Of a DNA stretch of 64,000 nt, positions 11,830 to 24,943 are shown piece after piece; position 1 is the first letter of the stretch, and the number at the start of each line of letters is the position of its first letter. Under the pieces are notes generated by a model that saw only the letters and a list, made by a program, of their open reading frames with translations, searched no databases and was not told where the DNA came from. Both the position numbers and the translations under genes were made by a program. Source of the stretch: Eledone cirrhosa (taxonomy: Eukaryota); NCBI GenBank assembly GCA_964016885.1, contig OZ024740.1, positions 302,870,001-302,934,000 on the forward strand, in the 5' to 3' direction.

Positions 11830-14650
11830 CTATTCGTTATGTTCAAAGAATGGTTATCGCTGAAATTTAGCGTGGATTTCTTGTATTAGACTGCATATGA
11901 ATAACAGATACTTTATAATTTATTGTTGTATTGTCACTATTTCTTTTTATATTTTATATTCCAGTATGATTGTTTTTTGCGCTGGTTTCTTAGGTTCACT
12001 CGCTTCTCCCTATATGAGATATTTTGTCGATGTACGCATCTTCCTTTGTGGCTACTCCTGTAGCTTCTTGTGATTTGTCCTGGTTATACTAATGTTCGCA
12101 CCTATTGTTTGTGGTGGCCCAGTTTACATTATATATCTTTGTTGTTATGTTATTGTTAAAATGTATCTTTCAGGGTATCTATGTTTGGCCTATAAGATGT
12201 TCTGATATCACCATTAATACTTTATTTCTACAGTTAGATTTATAAAAATACAAAATCTTCAAAGTTTCAGCTTTAGAACTTTCTTATATCTTCTTCATAT
12301 TCTTTTGTGTTCATATTTTCGTTTGTTTGGTTTTGATCCGGATTTTCTTGAGCAATATTTATAGGTATGCTGAAGTTTGTTTTTGATTTTGTTTTCGGTT
12401 AGATATTTTCGTCGTTTTGCTTGTGCTAAGCCTATCTTCCAGATCCTTGTATTCAATATTTCTAGATTTAATGTTATAAATTTTCTTTGTATTTTACTAG
12501 TTGATTTTGTAGTTTGTATTTTATTACACATTACTTCTTCCAAGAGTTGCATTTCTATGGCTTATACATTTCCGTTTTAAGCATGTATTTTCTAAATTTA
12601 GCTCGCCCACTGAGATTTAAAGCTTCTTTATATCTTTTGCTTTAGATATATTGTAATAATTTTTGTATTCATTGTTGTTATTATTGTTCCGCCACACCCC
12701 AGACACGATCGAATGACCTATGATCAAAGGCATTTCAGCAGGTCGAGTGACCAGTTTTTCCTTTTTCGTTCTATTGAATAGAATGTGATGTGTAGCATGG
12801 AAGCCTATTTTTCTTAAATGTTATACAATTTCTATTTTAAATGTTCTAAAATTTCATTATGGTTGTTGTTATCAACTACCAACTGATTCATTTCTAACAG
12901 TGCGGTATTTAGTTTACTCTAATTTTTGAACATTTCGTGCCTAAAATTTCAGAGTAACTAATCTCTTTTTAAATTTAGTACGAATGACAGGTTTCATTTG
13001 GATCATTTGTCGTTTGTTTTCAGATTAATTTGTTTTCAGATTAATTTGCTCTAACTTGTTTTCTGTTACTGTGGTAACAATACACAAGCTACATTAGACA
13101 AAAGCAGTTATCAGTACTGCAACAATAGGTTAATACAGTACTTATACGAATACCTTAACACATTGTATGTGTCAGTTTTAATGCGTTATATTTGTATCGA
13201 ATGTGAGTTGTTGAAGTTGCTGGTTTATAGTATTAAGTATCAGTTGCGTAAAAGGGTGGTGGTGGTGGCTTCTTTTGGTATAAGGATGTGATAAGTGCAA
13301 TGAGAATACCGTTTCAGTTGCGTTATTGAACTGAAATGTTTTTATGTAGAATATGAGCTACGCCTACCAAAGCTTTTTTTTTTTTTTTTTTTTCCTTTGT
13401 GCAATGTTATGAACCTTGATACGGGTTGTATATTTTTTGTTTATATTCAATTTGACCATGCATAGTACTCCCGTTATTTTTGATAATCTTTTCTCATTCC
13501 CAACAAACTGTTTATTTAGACTTCAAGATCCTTTTGACAATTTTCCCAACTTTCGAGTAACATCTTGATCATAAGGGATGGAGATAATTATAAGCATAAA
13601 GATAGTTTTATTCCAGTTTTTGTTTTCTATATCTGGGAGGTTTTTCATATTCTATTGTGGGCAGGCATATCCCACATGACTCTTGCTGAGTCGTTATCGA
13701 ATACCGTGTTTCGTACATATTTATACCACTTTCAGTCTGAGCTTACTTCCATTCTTTACAGTATATTTTGAATTTTTTGTTTGATTTTTGTCTTTTGTAA
13801 ACTGTTTTCTTTGTCTTGTATTTATCTAAATTTTTTCTTCGTTGTAGTTAGGTTTCACTTTGTACATAATCATTTACTTATATAGAAGTAATTTTTCTTT
13901 TAATATTTCCTCGTTACACTTACCAGTTATCTGTTTGCCCTTAAGTATTTTTCTTGTCTCGCTGCTGTATTTATGTAATACTACTTGTATCGTATCTCCA
14001 ACTTCCCAGGGTAATATATTCTGTTTCTTTTGTCATCTCTTATCTTTTCTTTTCAATTAACTTACAGTTTAATATGTTGAAGTTGTAGTTTATAAATGGG
14101 ATGGCTAATGCATTTCTATTTATTATCTTATTTCTAGTATTTATTTCTGTAATATTTGTAATACTCTTTCCTAATGTATCCTTTATTTAACTCATCCTGT
14201 ATTTTTCGTATTTCTGTGGATAGTTCTGGGCAAATTCTTTTATTTGTGATGTTTATAACTAATCCCATACTTTGATTATTTTTAGTTAATTTATATCGCC
14301 TTAGTGAAACTTGACGTATTTATTTATGCCCATGATTATTTTCATACCTTTGCTAGAATTACGAATATTTTTAGTAAGTACTCTAACTGGATATTACCCC
14401 TGTAGATATTTTCAAGTTATTCATAGTGAGAAGATGGTTTATAATTTGACCAGAAAATATGTTCACAGATTTATATACGGGAATTAGAACTAGGCAAATG
14501 ATTGAAGAGGATCGTGAATCCTCCTGGGGTTCGTTTTTTTGTAAGTGTAGAGATGGTTTCAATTATCTCTTTGCTTTTTAGTGATATTGTTGTTTTAAAT
14601 TTTGACACGACAAAGCTGATATATTTTGTTCCTAATATTAATATTAGTGA
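11830..14650 (-). pseudogene. Heavily decayed LINE-like remnant (clade uncertain)
   Basis: T-rich strand bias; ISTLTKKRTPGGFT resembles the K.PG.DGFT RT motif. Confidence 0.3.
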
Positions 14651-15059
14651 CAACGTATGACTTAGTGCTTAGGCTCCTGGGCTCACAATCGAATGGACAC
14701 GGATGGTGCATTGTGTCCTTGAACAAAACACTTTCTGTCACGTTGCCCTAGTTTTATCTGCCCTTACCTTTTCCTTAAACAACATCGGTGACGTGGCATG
14801 ACAGAATAAGGAGCTTTCCTTTCTTTCCTTTTATTATTATTATTATTATTATTGTTATTATTATTAGTCTTTTTTACGCACCGTCACTACATTACCAACC
14901 ACAGCTTTGTACAGATTGGGTGTGTACAGTTTGGTTTCGGTGGTGGTGATTCTATTGTATTGAGAATACTCTTCGTGAAATGTATTCACTGCCTAGTAGT
15001 GTTATTTTGTATATGCTGTAGTGTTTTTTCACTAGTTTCCCTCTCTGCAGTCTTGCATT

Positions 15060-15930
15060 GACACATTATTCTAGTCCCGATTTCATCCCTATTGTTTTTG
15101 TGAATCCATGTTTGTTTGTAGCAGTATTTCGAGTTGTTTCTCGTCTACAGTATACAGCTTCAGATCATCCATATACAGAAGAGAGTTCATTATTTAGTCG
15201 TATTTATACCCAGTCCAGTTCTGTTTAGTGTCTCAGATAATGGTGTCAGTGCTAAGCGGGAAAACAGTGGTGATAGGGAGTGCCCTTGAAATATCTTTCT
15301 ATTGATTGGGGTTGGCTCTTTTTAGTTCCATCCTTCATTTGTATCTGCGGAACTGTTTTTCATTTACTCATGACATGATTAATAAATGGTTTTATTGTTT
15401 TTGTTCTTCATGTATAGTGTGTTCAATATCCATATATGGAGAATATTCCCAAATGCCTTTTGTTAATCAGTCCATACCATGCTGAGGTTTTTATGTTTCT
15501 TTTTGCAGTTTTCGGTTATGGCTTTATTGATTAGCCATAACCGAATTGCAGCATCCTCTCTGTTCTTCTGGGCGTAGCTTGTTTTTGTTGTTTTTCATGT
15601 GCTTGGTTAGTTACTGCGTTACTATTACAGTTAGAGTTTAGAATATAATAGGAAAAGATGTTATGAACCTGTAATTTGGGGGGTTTGATGTGTCATTATT
15701 CTTGAGGATCAGGGTGGTTTTTCCTTTAGTGAGCCAATCAGGCATTTCTTTTCTTGTACTGTGTCTCATTAAACCCTTTTGCAAATACAATGTGACCCTA
15801 TTAAATATTTCAACCAGAAGTTGGAGATCTTTTCATACACCGGTGCCTTCTAGCTGGTTGCATTTGACAGTATGTTAGACACATCATTTGTTTTTATAAT
15901 TTCCCATCGTTGTTCAGCTACTGTGTTTGT
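15060..15930 (-). pseudogene. Decayed R4/Dong-like non-LTR reverse transcriptase
   Basis: NYRFITSFP, RKIFQGHSLSPLF, NSLLYMDDL on minus strand. Confidence 0.72.
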
Positions 15931-18553
15931 TGTTCTTGTACAGGGTAATTTTTCTTGTTCTACTGTCCATAATCTTCTCCAGATCACTTCCTCTTCTTTT
16001 ACTTCCAAGGCTACATTATAATTATCATCGTCGTCCTCGTTGTGGTTGATGTTGTTGTTGTTGTTTTTGAGGGTGGTGGGTTGATGGAATTGTTTGAACA
16101 CAAGAAAAATACTTGTACCGGTTCTTGAAGTTCTGAGTTCCATAAGTTAATATGTGGTACACTCGCTGAAGAGCCGGGGAAAAATTGGGAACATTAGTTT
16201 TGCAGCAAACACTAAAACCCGAAAACTAATCAGTCGCATAACCCCTTACCACATTATTTTAAAAAGGGAAGTATACAAATAGAATCGTCTCAAAATTTCC
16301 GCTTGATAAATTTTAACCTGGATTAACTAACAAAAAAGAACCTAGTGACTAAACTGAATGTGAAATCAATGGTTTAACAGAAGTATCAATACTGACTGTC
16401 TTTGTGTATTATACTTGGTATGTTTCGTAATTCTTTGTTGATATCCTTATAGAGTTTTCGAACATTTCCCTAAATACTTCTTTTAAATCAGATTTTTCAA
16501 ATTTTCTTTTTTTCTTATATTTTCAGGATGTTTGTAAAAACCAAATAAACAGTTACAGAAAAAAGTTGCATAATAAACAGTTACAGATAATCGGCGAAGT
16601 AAACAGTTATAAGTGAAATTCGAATGAATGTTGTGCTTCATTACTCGATTACATATGTAAGTTCGTGTTTTATTTGATTTACTCACTAATGGAAACATCA
16701 GATAAGTTGTTGTATAGCATAGCACATAACATGTTCCTGTGTACTTGCATTCTTGTTCCCCACATACAATGCTCTTTATTTAAACATCAATTCAAGAATT
16801 TAAAAATCAATAACATTATTATATCTTAGCATTATACAAGAAAGTATCTATCTATATAAATATTGGGTGAATGGTGTCAAAGATATTGATCTGTTTGAAA
16901 TAGGTGGCAAAATTGTTGATTTTCCTAAAAAGCAATTATAGTTATATGCTTATGTTAAAATGAATTTCAAAATGAATTAGCAAAATTGTTCATTCCCATA
17001 AAAAGTGATTAGAGTTGCACTTTATGCTAAAATGAATTCGTATAAAATCAAAAATAATGTTAGAGCATAAATCTAGTTAATATTGAATTATTGCATCAAC
17101 ATAAGCCCATATATCTGTTTGGCAATGGTAGGGTAGGGGTGAGTTTACACTACTAATTTACTTATTCTTATACTATCGATCTGGTGGGTTGAAAGACAAT
17201 TGCGAATTCAGTAATATTTTATCATAGAACGTAGAGGGCTATAATTAAATACTTCAAGTCATCTAGTCCAAACTCGTCTGTTTCTGTTATAATACAACTC
17301 TTTATTAATGATTTATTAATGATTTATTAATGATTTATTAGTTTTGGGTAAGCTCACACATTTAAAGGAAGAGGTAAATATTCGATCATATAAATTTCCA
17401 GTGAATTACTGATAATTAATTTATCTATACCAGCTGGACACAAACCAATGAAAGAGATTTTATGTATTGGTTTGTTTGCAACCGAATTACCTTCAAAACA
17501 AAAAGAGACATTGGATTATATGGTCATAAATTCACTGTCTGAAACAAACATAAAGAAAGTAATTATCACAGATGAAATTCCTTTCATCGTATTAGGGTAG
17601 TCCTGGAGCTAAACGCAACACTAACAAACACTATAACAATCGCAAAAAGAAACATTAGATGCATGCAAGGCAAATTTATCCCTGCGAAATTTGAACTCCG
17701 TATGCAAAATGACGTAACTGAATACTACATTGAATTTAGTTGGGTTTTTATGTGTAGCACATATAAGTTGCAGATAATTAAGTGATTGGTTTCATTGTAT
17801 TATCTAAATTGATAATTTTCTAACTTATGAATTTATTAATATTGCTTCAAATATGTTATATGAATTAAACAAAAGGGGGGAGGAAACAGTATACGTCTAA
17901 AGAGTACGATAATAGGTAGCCGTCAGTTTTGTCGGCACAGCTAATTCTACATTGGTTTAATATATAATGATATGAAATTTTATAGCTTTAGTCTATTGTT
18001 TTTATTTCAATAGATCATATAAGTTAATCAATAATACAAAATAACACATCGTTAGCCTAACATCCTTGTAAAATCATTTTTTTAATTTAGCATTGTGTGT
18101 ATTGATGTAGGCATAGCTATGTGGTTAAGACGTTCAGTTCCGCAACAATGTGATTTCAGATATGCGAAATGTATTTTACCTCATGCATAAATGGACCGAG
18201 ACATTTTGAGTGAAATTTTATAGATGGAGACTCTGCGGCTGCCTGTCAGAAGAACTTTTCCAGTCTTCGGTAGTAGACAAAAAATCTCACCAGATTTAAA
18301 GCTAGTAGCTGGTACTTGGGTGTCGTTACTGGAGTCCACTTTGTTGCAAGCAATTCGACAAGGTCTCCAGTCGGGGAATACCTTCCTCCCACAAATCTCG
18401 AAGGCACTGGAACTGCTCTAGGGCACTTCTCTTCCCCTTCGAATTAATCCTTTACGATTCCACGTTTTAAACAACTGGATGCCATTTATAAGAAACGATC
18501 GTGTTACAGAATGTTACAATGGCTGACCTGGTTTATTTAAATGATGAAAATCA

Positions 18554-18641
18554 CATTCTGTGCGTTGAAAAGCTTCAATTGAAAAAGACGAATATATATA
18601 TATTCGTCTTTTTCAATTGAAGATTTTCAACGCACAGAATG
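18554..18641. repeat. Palindrome centred on (TA)n, overlapping a decayed HHR (18541-18580)
   Basis: cattctgtgcgttgaaaa..gacgaata/tattcgtc..ttttcaacgcacagaatg; aTGATGA-stem-GAAA agct TC. Confidence 0.85.
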
Positions 18642-19545
18642 CATATGTATATATATATATATATATGCGTGCATATAATTAATAGGACTAACAGTTAATT
18701 ACAAAGCATAATCATTGTTGTTGTGATCGTTGTAAAGCAAGAAGCACTTGGTGCTGAGATTGCGACACAGCTTTAATTTCCGTAAATTATAACGCGGATG
18801 CTCTTGAGAAATGTTTAAATTTCACTCTGCCCCAGTTCCTTATATGATAAGAACAATATATTACTATTAGTAAATACCGTACTTATGATGTAATGTTAGA
18901 GTATCTATACGAACTATTCATTTATTTTAACAAGGTACAGGCTTAGTCTTTATAGGTAGATGCGTATAGTCGAATGAAACCACCCCGATACTAGAATTCT
19001 ATTTGGGAGCTGAATGGCAACGTCGGCTGTAGTGTCTTTTGAACTTGGAATATACAGGGATGAAGCTAAATACAAATAAATGTCTTATCGTTTTTATCTA
19101 CCCAGTAAACTTTGATAAACCAAATATTTTTAATATATATGTTTCTTCATTTTTCAGAGATCCTGGCTTTAACAAATAAAAACTTTTGGAAGTCTACAGA
19201 CCCATTTTTTCGGTTAAAAGAGTTCCACTAGGACCATGTGACGCAGCTAATTTCTTGGGAGATTTATTCTAAACTTCTTTGTGGATTTAAAAAAGAAAAC
19301 AGATTTATTATTATTGTTGTTACTATTAAGATTTTAAAGTATTTTAAAAAATTTAAAAAAAAAAGAATTATAAAAAGCATGTTTGGATATTTTACTAATC
19401 AGCTTGGAATCGTCTACAATTGTATAAAATATAATCTGTGATAGGCTACCGTAATAAACTCGGGGAAGCCATATTGTTTTTGTCTCAGTGTTCTACCCAA
19501 AATTTCATCATTCCATTCCTAACACTTTTGTTCTCCCAGTTCAAA

Positions 19546-20266
19546 ATGGGACCCCATCCTATATGGATGTTACTTTCGCTGAGTGCCATCACATTATGCG
19601 TGGCTTTTGATCTTCAGGGATCAAAACCTTCATACGCTAAGTTCACCAAATGGGAGCCTTGTGACAATGGCACTCTGACTTTTGAATTCAAGACAGACCG
19701 CGGAGATGCATTACTAATGTATACAGACGGTGGAGAGGACTATGACTTCATGGAGCTAAAACTTGTTGACGGCACTTTGAAGTTGCGTTTCGACTTAGGA
19801 GGTGGTGCCAAGATTATGTCAGTAGGTCAACGGTTGAACAACATGCAGTGGCACACGGTAGAAATCCAAAGAGCTAAAATGCAAACCAATTTAGTTGTTA
19901 ACAACATAGCTGAAACGATGGAGACAAAACCTTTTGATATCCCAAGGGAAGAAGAAAACAAAGAGAGTTTTGTGTTTATAGGGGGTATGCCAATGGAATA
20001 TGGAGCCAAACTAGATCGACTGGCATTACCATCAGTGATATTTGAACCCCAGTTCCGAGGATCAATACAGAACGTACTATACAGTAATTGTGGAGGACCA
20101 ATGGAGGCGCCAGTAAAATTAGAGGAAAGTGGCATACGGGGTACAGAGAAAGACCTCTGTTTAAAGAACGACCCTTGCCTCAACGGCGGTACCTGCCTAA
20201 CAACGGATAAACGTGTTGTCTGTGAATGTACAGGGACCAGTTATATTGGTGACTTTTGTCAGACCG
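19546..20266 (+). CDS. NRXN: Neurexin-alpha, first coding exon (signal peptide, laminin-G/LNS1, EGF-like 1)
   Basis: AAAATGG start; MGPHPIWMLLSLSAITLCVA signal peptide; LNS motifs (FEFKT..ALLMYTD, DFMELKLVDG, WHTVEIQR, FIGGMP, FRGSIQN); EGF CLKNDPCLNGGTC..CECTGTSYIGDFC; phase-1 donor G|gtaagt at 20266/20267. Candidate acceptors ttttcag| at 19157 and ttctcccag| at 19539. Confidence 0.92.
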
Positions 20267-20379
20267 GTAAGTTATATATTTTATATATTAGTTATTTATA
20301 ATGATTAATTGACACACACATGCATACATACATATATGCATATATAACGGCAAGAACCTAACTGTCGGGTCCCGACACT

Positions 20380-20510
<131 letters not shown>

Positions 20511-20520
20511 AAAATAACGG

Positions 20521-21005
20521 TTTCTTATATAGGCACAAGGCCAGCAATTTTAGGGGAGGGGAAAATCGATTAAATCGACCCCAGTGCATAACTTTATTTT
20601 ATCGATCCCATAAGGGGGAAAGGGAAAGCTAAGCTCGGCGGGATTAGAAGACAGAACGTAAAGGACGTAACTCTAAGCTGCGAAGCCTGGTGTCCAACGT
20701 TCTGCCGATACTGCCAATCCACCCGAATAACATTTTAGGCACAAGGCCAGAAATTTGAAGGGGATGGATGGGAAAATCGATTAAATTGACCCTAGTGCAT
20801 TACTGGTACATTATTTTTTCGACCTCGTAATGATGAAAGGCAAATAATAATAATTGTTTCTACTTTAAGCACAAGGCCAGCAATTAACCAGTGCATTACT
20901 GGTACTTTATTTTATCGCCCCCCCCCCCCCCCCCGTAAGGATGAAAGGCAAAGTCAACCTCGACGGGACTTGAACTCAGATCGTAAAGGGACGTAACTAT
21001 GCTGT
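20521..21005 (-). mobile_element. Three minus-strand SINE copies just downstream of the neurexin exon
   Basis: ggcacaaggccagc..gatgaaaggcaaag..gaactcaga. Confidence 0.85.
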
Positions 21006-21044
21006 AATAGCAAATAATAAGAAGAAGAAGAAGAAGAAGATACC

Positions 21045-22200
21045 TATATGGAGGACAATGGGTAGAACAGTGCTGTCACAAGGATTCTTCAAAAGGAAAT
21101 GCAGTAGATGATTTTAGACCCATAACTTTCTTGCCATTAATGTAGAAACGTATGACTGGATTCATCTCTGAGGAGAATGAAATTCTACCAGAAGAGCAAA
21201 AATGGAGTAAAAGGTAGAACAGGGTTACCAAACATTAGCAGCTGGATATTAGAGTGGTCAGCTGGAAATCAGAGTTAATTTCCTATGGGGAATAGATAGG
21301 CTCTGTTAACATACGAAGATGTATAGTTCAGGGAAGCAGTTCATCACCACTCATATTTGTCATCTGCGTGAGCCACCTTATAAAATTCAAAGTGGGATAT
21401 GTGTTAGATGGTATTAAGATCAAACATCTGTAATTATGGATGATTTAAAATTAAGTGCAAAAAAAAAGTTGAAATTGATAGATTAGTATCTACTGTAAAG
21501 TTTATCAGTTAGGCTATTGGGATAGAGTTTGGACTCGAAAGATGTAGTGTTGTAACTCAGAAACGTGGAAAACTAACAATGAGTGGAGGGATTGAGTTTG
21601 TAAATAGCCAGAGAGTTACAGAAGGGGCAGAGGAAGGATACAAGTGTTCAGGAGTCTTTGAGTTGGATAAGATCATAGAGAAGGAAATTATGTCCAAAAC
21701 GAATATCTCAAGCGGATGAGACTTGTAATGTCGCTAAATTGAATGGAAGGAATAGGATCAAGGTAACGAATATATGAGCTGTGTTTCCCATGCACTATGG
21801 TTAGGAATACTTCAATAGAGGAAAGATGAATAAAAATTATTGATAGGAAAACTTTGAAATTGATCACAGTGCAAAAAGAACTCCACTCAAAGAGTGATGT
21901 CGCAAGACTTCATATCGGAAGAAAAAAAGGAGGTAGAGGACTAATAAGTTGTGCAAATTTCTCAGAAACAAGAAAAAACCTAGCTTGGTAGCTTCAAAAT
22001 GTACGGTATAACATCATTTTAAAAGTAAGAGACCTCAACACAGAAATTTGCTGATGCAGTAGCACCTAATGAATGCAAAAACAGAGACAGAAAAACGAAC
22101 TTGAAATGGTATGGAAGGATAACCTTATTCATAGTCGGTATAGTAGAGATATAGTAAGTGTTGAGAGGGGAAAAGAGCGGGTATATGAAATATATGTTGC
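21045..22200 (+). pseudogene. Decayed R4/Dong-like non-LTR reverse transcriptase
   Basis: DFRPITFLPLM, LPEEQK, QG.SSPLIFVI, MDDLKL, IGIEFGLERC, LHSKSDVARLHIGRKKGGRGLI. Confidence 0.8.
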
Positions 22201-22551
22201 CAATGGATGATATATTAGAAATGTGGGTTTCTCAGAACTACTAAATGGTATGAACAGAGACTATAAGGCGTGTTACAGAATGCTGAATTTAAGCTTTTCC
22301 ATGCCTGCGTATTCTTGTGGAATGCCAGCATAAGCTGATGCCAGTAAATCTTCCTTTTCCATGTCCCAATTCTGGCATGTAGCTCTCTAGACTAGACATA
22401 CTTTTAAAAAGACGTCCCCATAAATTGCACATTAATTTTGATTCAACTAGACTACCTGTGGTGTCTGATTTTGATGAGCTTTGAAATGTAGCTTCTGACA
22501 TATAACTACTTTTCCTTCCTTCGGGCTTTACCATTTGCACAACTTTTCTGT

Positions 22552-22589
<38 letters not shown>

Positions 22590-22741
22590 TTGTGTGTGTG
22601 TGTGTGTATGTGTGTGCGTGTGTGTGCGTGCGTGTGTGTGTAGGTATGTATTTTCTGATGAAGGGCTAGCGTCCCAAATGTTGAGACATTTTTCCAATTA
22701 TATCAAGCGTGATGTATATATATATAGATGTATATATATAT

Positions 22742-22861
22742 AATAGGAAAAAGTATGAGCCGACGGCAGAGCTCAAGCCGTTTCGACGGCTATTTCTGGA
22801 CTCCAGAAATAGCCGTCGAAACGGCTTGAGCTCTGCCGTCGGGGTCATACTTTTTCCTATT
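22742..22861. repeat. ~59-bp-arm hairpin with HHR 3' half (family C)
   Basis: Centre tgga-c-tcca at 22801; cGAAAcggcUUgag on each outward-reading arm. Confidence 0.88.
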
Positions 22862-23314
22862 TCCCACTCTACTACACTAAGTATTGAGTACTCTGGTGCG
22901 TTATGGTCCATCTGGTTCCTTACCACAATTCCTTTGTATATATATATATATAGATGTATATATATAGATGTATATACATACATATATATATATACATCTA
23001 TATATATATAAATTGAAACAAAATGAAAACGAAATTTCATTTCTCACTCTTAGTATGGCACTTACTTAAATGTAAGTATGCATGTATACGTACATACATA
23101 TATGTATACAGACGTACAGTAGCATGCACATATATATATATATATATATACACATACATATGCATACAGGTACACATACATATATGCACGTATCAGTTTA
23201 GCGGCGCTTATTATAACGTCGCTTTGTTCGTTTGTAAACAAACTGAACAGCCTGAATTTATGCCATACGGTGTTAAGGCAACCACGTCACCTTTTTGTTC
23301 AACACTGACACAGG

Positions 23315-23359
23315 AACGATGTACTAGTTTCAAGCTTGTTAGCTATCATCAGCACCGTT
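23315..23359 (-). ncRNA. Minimal type I hammerhead ribozyme (tandem copy 1)
   Basis: Minus strand: aacggug CUGAUGA u agcu aaca agcu u GAAA cuag UA caucguu; 7-bp stem I, 4-bp stem II, palindromic ACUAGU stem III, intact core. Confidence 0.88.
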
Positions 23360-23782
23360 TACCCATCTGCCAGATAGTTGAACGTTCGAAAGTATATACT
23401 TTCCTTATGAAAATTAACGGCTGAGCAGCCTAATTTGCATATTGAGTGAGTTAAATCGGTCAGGCATACCGAAAACGATAAATTGAAACAAAATGAAAAC
23501 GAAATTTCATTTCTCACTCTTAGTATGGCACTTACTTAAATGTAAGTATGCATGTATACGTACATACATATATGTATACAGACGTACAGTAGCATGCACA
23601 TATATATATATATATATACACATACATATGCATACAGGTACACATACATATATGCACGTATCAGTCTAGCGGCGCTTATTATAACGTCGCTTTGTTCGTT
23701 TGTAAACAAACTGAACAGCCTGAATTTATGCCATACGGTGTTAAGGCAACCACGTCACCTTTTTGTTCAACACTGACACAGG

Positions 23783-23827
23783 AACGATGTACTAGTTTCA
23801 AGCTTGTTAGCTATCATCAGCACCGTT
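23783..23827 (-). ncRNA. Minimal type I hammerhead ribozyme (tandem copy 2)
   Basis: Identical to 23315-23359, 468 nt away. Confidence 0.88.
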
Positions 23828-24097
23828 TACCCATCTGCCAGATAGTTGAACGTTCGAAAGTATATACTTTCCTTATGAAAATTAACGGGCATAAATTCAG
23901 GCTGTTCAGTTTGTTTACAAACGAACAAAGCGACGTTATAATAAGCGCCGCTAAACTGATACGTGCATATATGTATGTGTACCTGTATGCATATGTATGT
24001 GTATATATATATATATATATGTGCATGCTACTGTACGTCTGTATACATATATGTATGTACGTATACATGCATACTTACATATATATATATATATGTA

Positions 24098-24195
<98 letters not shown>

Positions 24196-24330
24196 TGTGT
24201 GTGTTTATATATATATATATAGTGGTAAAATACCGGGATATTATATCCAAAATTGGTAGAGCACTCAATCCAAAGGACGAGTTCGGCTTACAGAGCAGAG
24301 TATTTTTGGAAACTCTGCTTCGTAGAATCG

Positions 24331-24427
24331 AGACATATCTGAGGATCTTGCGATTTCAGAGTCAGGTTTGATCATTGAATCGATTGTGTCTCGAGTTGGT
24401 CACCAGAGAAACGATTGTAATATGTCT
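24331..24427 (+). ncRNA. Type I hammerhead ribozyme with enlarged stem II domain
   Basis: agacauau CUGAGGA ucu[56 nt]aga GAAA cgauug UA auaugucu; 8-bp perfect stem I; followed by AATAAA; element lies between (TA)n tracts. Confidence 0.8.
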
Positions 24428-24588
24428 AATAAATCTTATTCGTAGCACCACTGATTCTCCGTTTCTTATGTGATATATATATATATATATATATATATGG
24501 AAAGTTATATTTAAATTGTTGGGTTACAACTAGTAAATATTTATAACTGATATAAAAGCACTCAACAAGTATTTGGAGTATATTTACA

Positions 24589-24943
24589 ATATTAAATAAA
24601 TGGAAACTATATTTATAAAACCATATTTATTTCATTATATATATTATTTCAGGGATATCATATTAACAATATGTTATGCCTTCCTCAGACAAAATACAAT
24701 ATAGACAGTTTTATAGATAAATAGATTTGACATACCGTTCAACATCGACTTGTATCTGCCAAATCAACTTTTTCAAATACAAGTCGATGTTGAACGGTAT
24801 GTCAAATCTATTTATCTATAAAACTGTCTATATTGTATTTTGTCTGAGGAAGGCATAACATATTGTTAATATGATATCCCTGAAATAATATATATAATGA
24901 AATAAATATGGCTTTATAAATATAGTTTCCATTTATTTAATAT
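24589..24943. repeat. Fold-back, 167-bp arms, 21-bp spacer, each arm with an HHR-like core
   Basis: Arms 24589-24755 / 24777-24943; CUGAGGA-agg..ccu-GAAA at 24844-24885; (TA)n on both sides of the insertion. Confidence 0.9.

Larger units (their letters stand above)
23009..24080 (-). mobile_element. Non-autonomous Penelope-type/retrozyme-like element: tandem ~470-bp HHR units plus an inverted partial copy
   Basis: Units begin at 23011 and 23481 (second ends at 23888); 23888-24080 is the reverse complement of 23070-23264; flanked by (TA)n and (TG)n. Confidence 0.75.

Noticed and set aside
19438-19545. N-terminal extension of the 287-aa ORF and its tail past 20266
   Set aside because: Starts at GTG; the signal peptide begins at ATG 19546 and the tail reads into the intron.
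19827-20183. 118-aa minus-strand ORF
   Set aside because: Antisense shadow of the neurexin exon.
23023-24222. 133-aa and 176-aa ORFs in the tandem element
   Set aside because: Partly microsatellite-derived, no domain motifs; the conserved signal is the minus-strand RNA structure.
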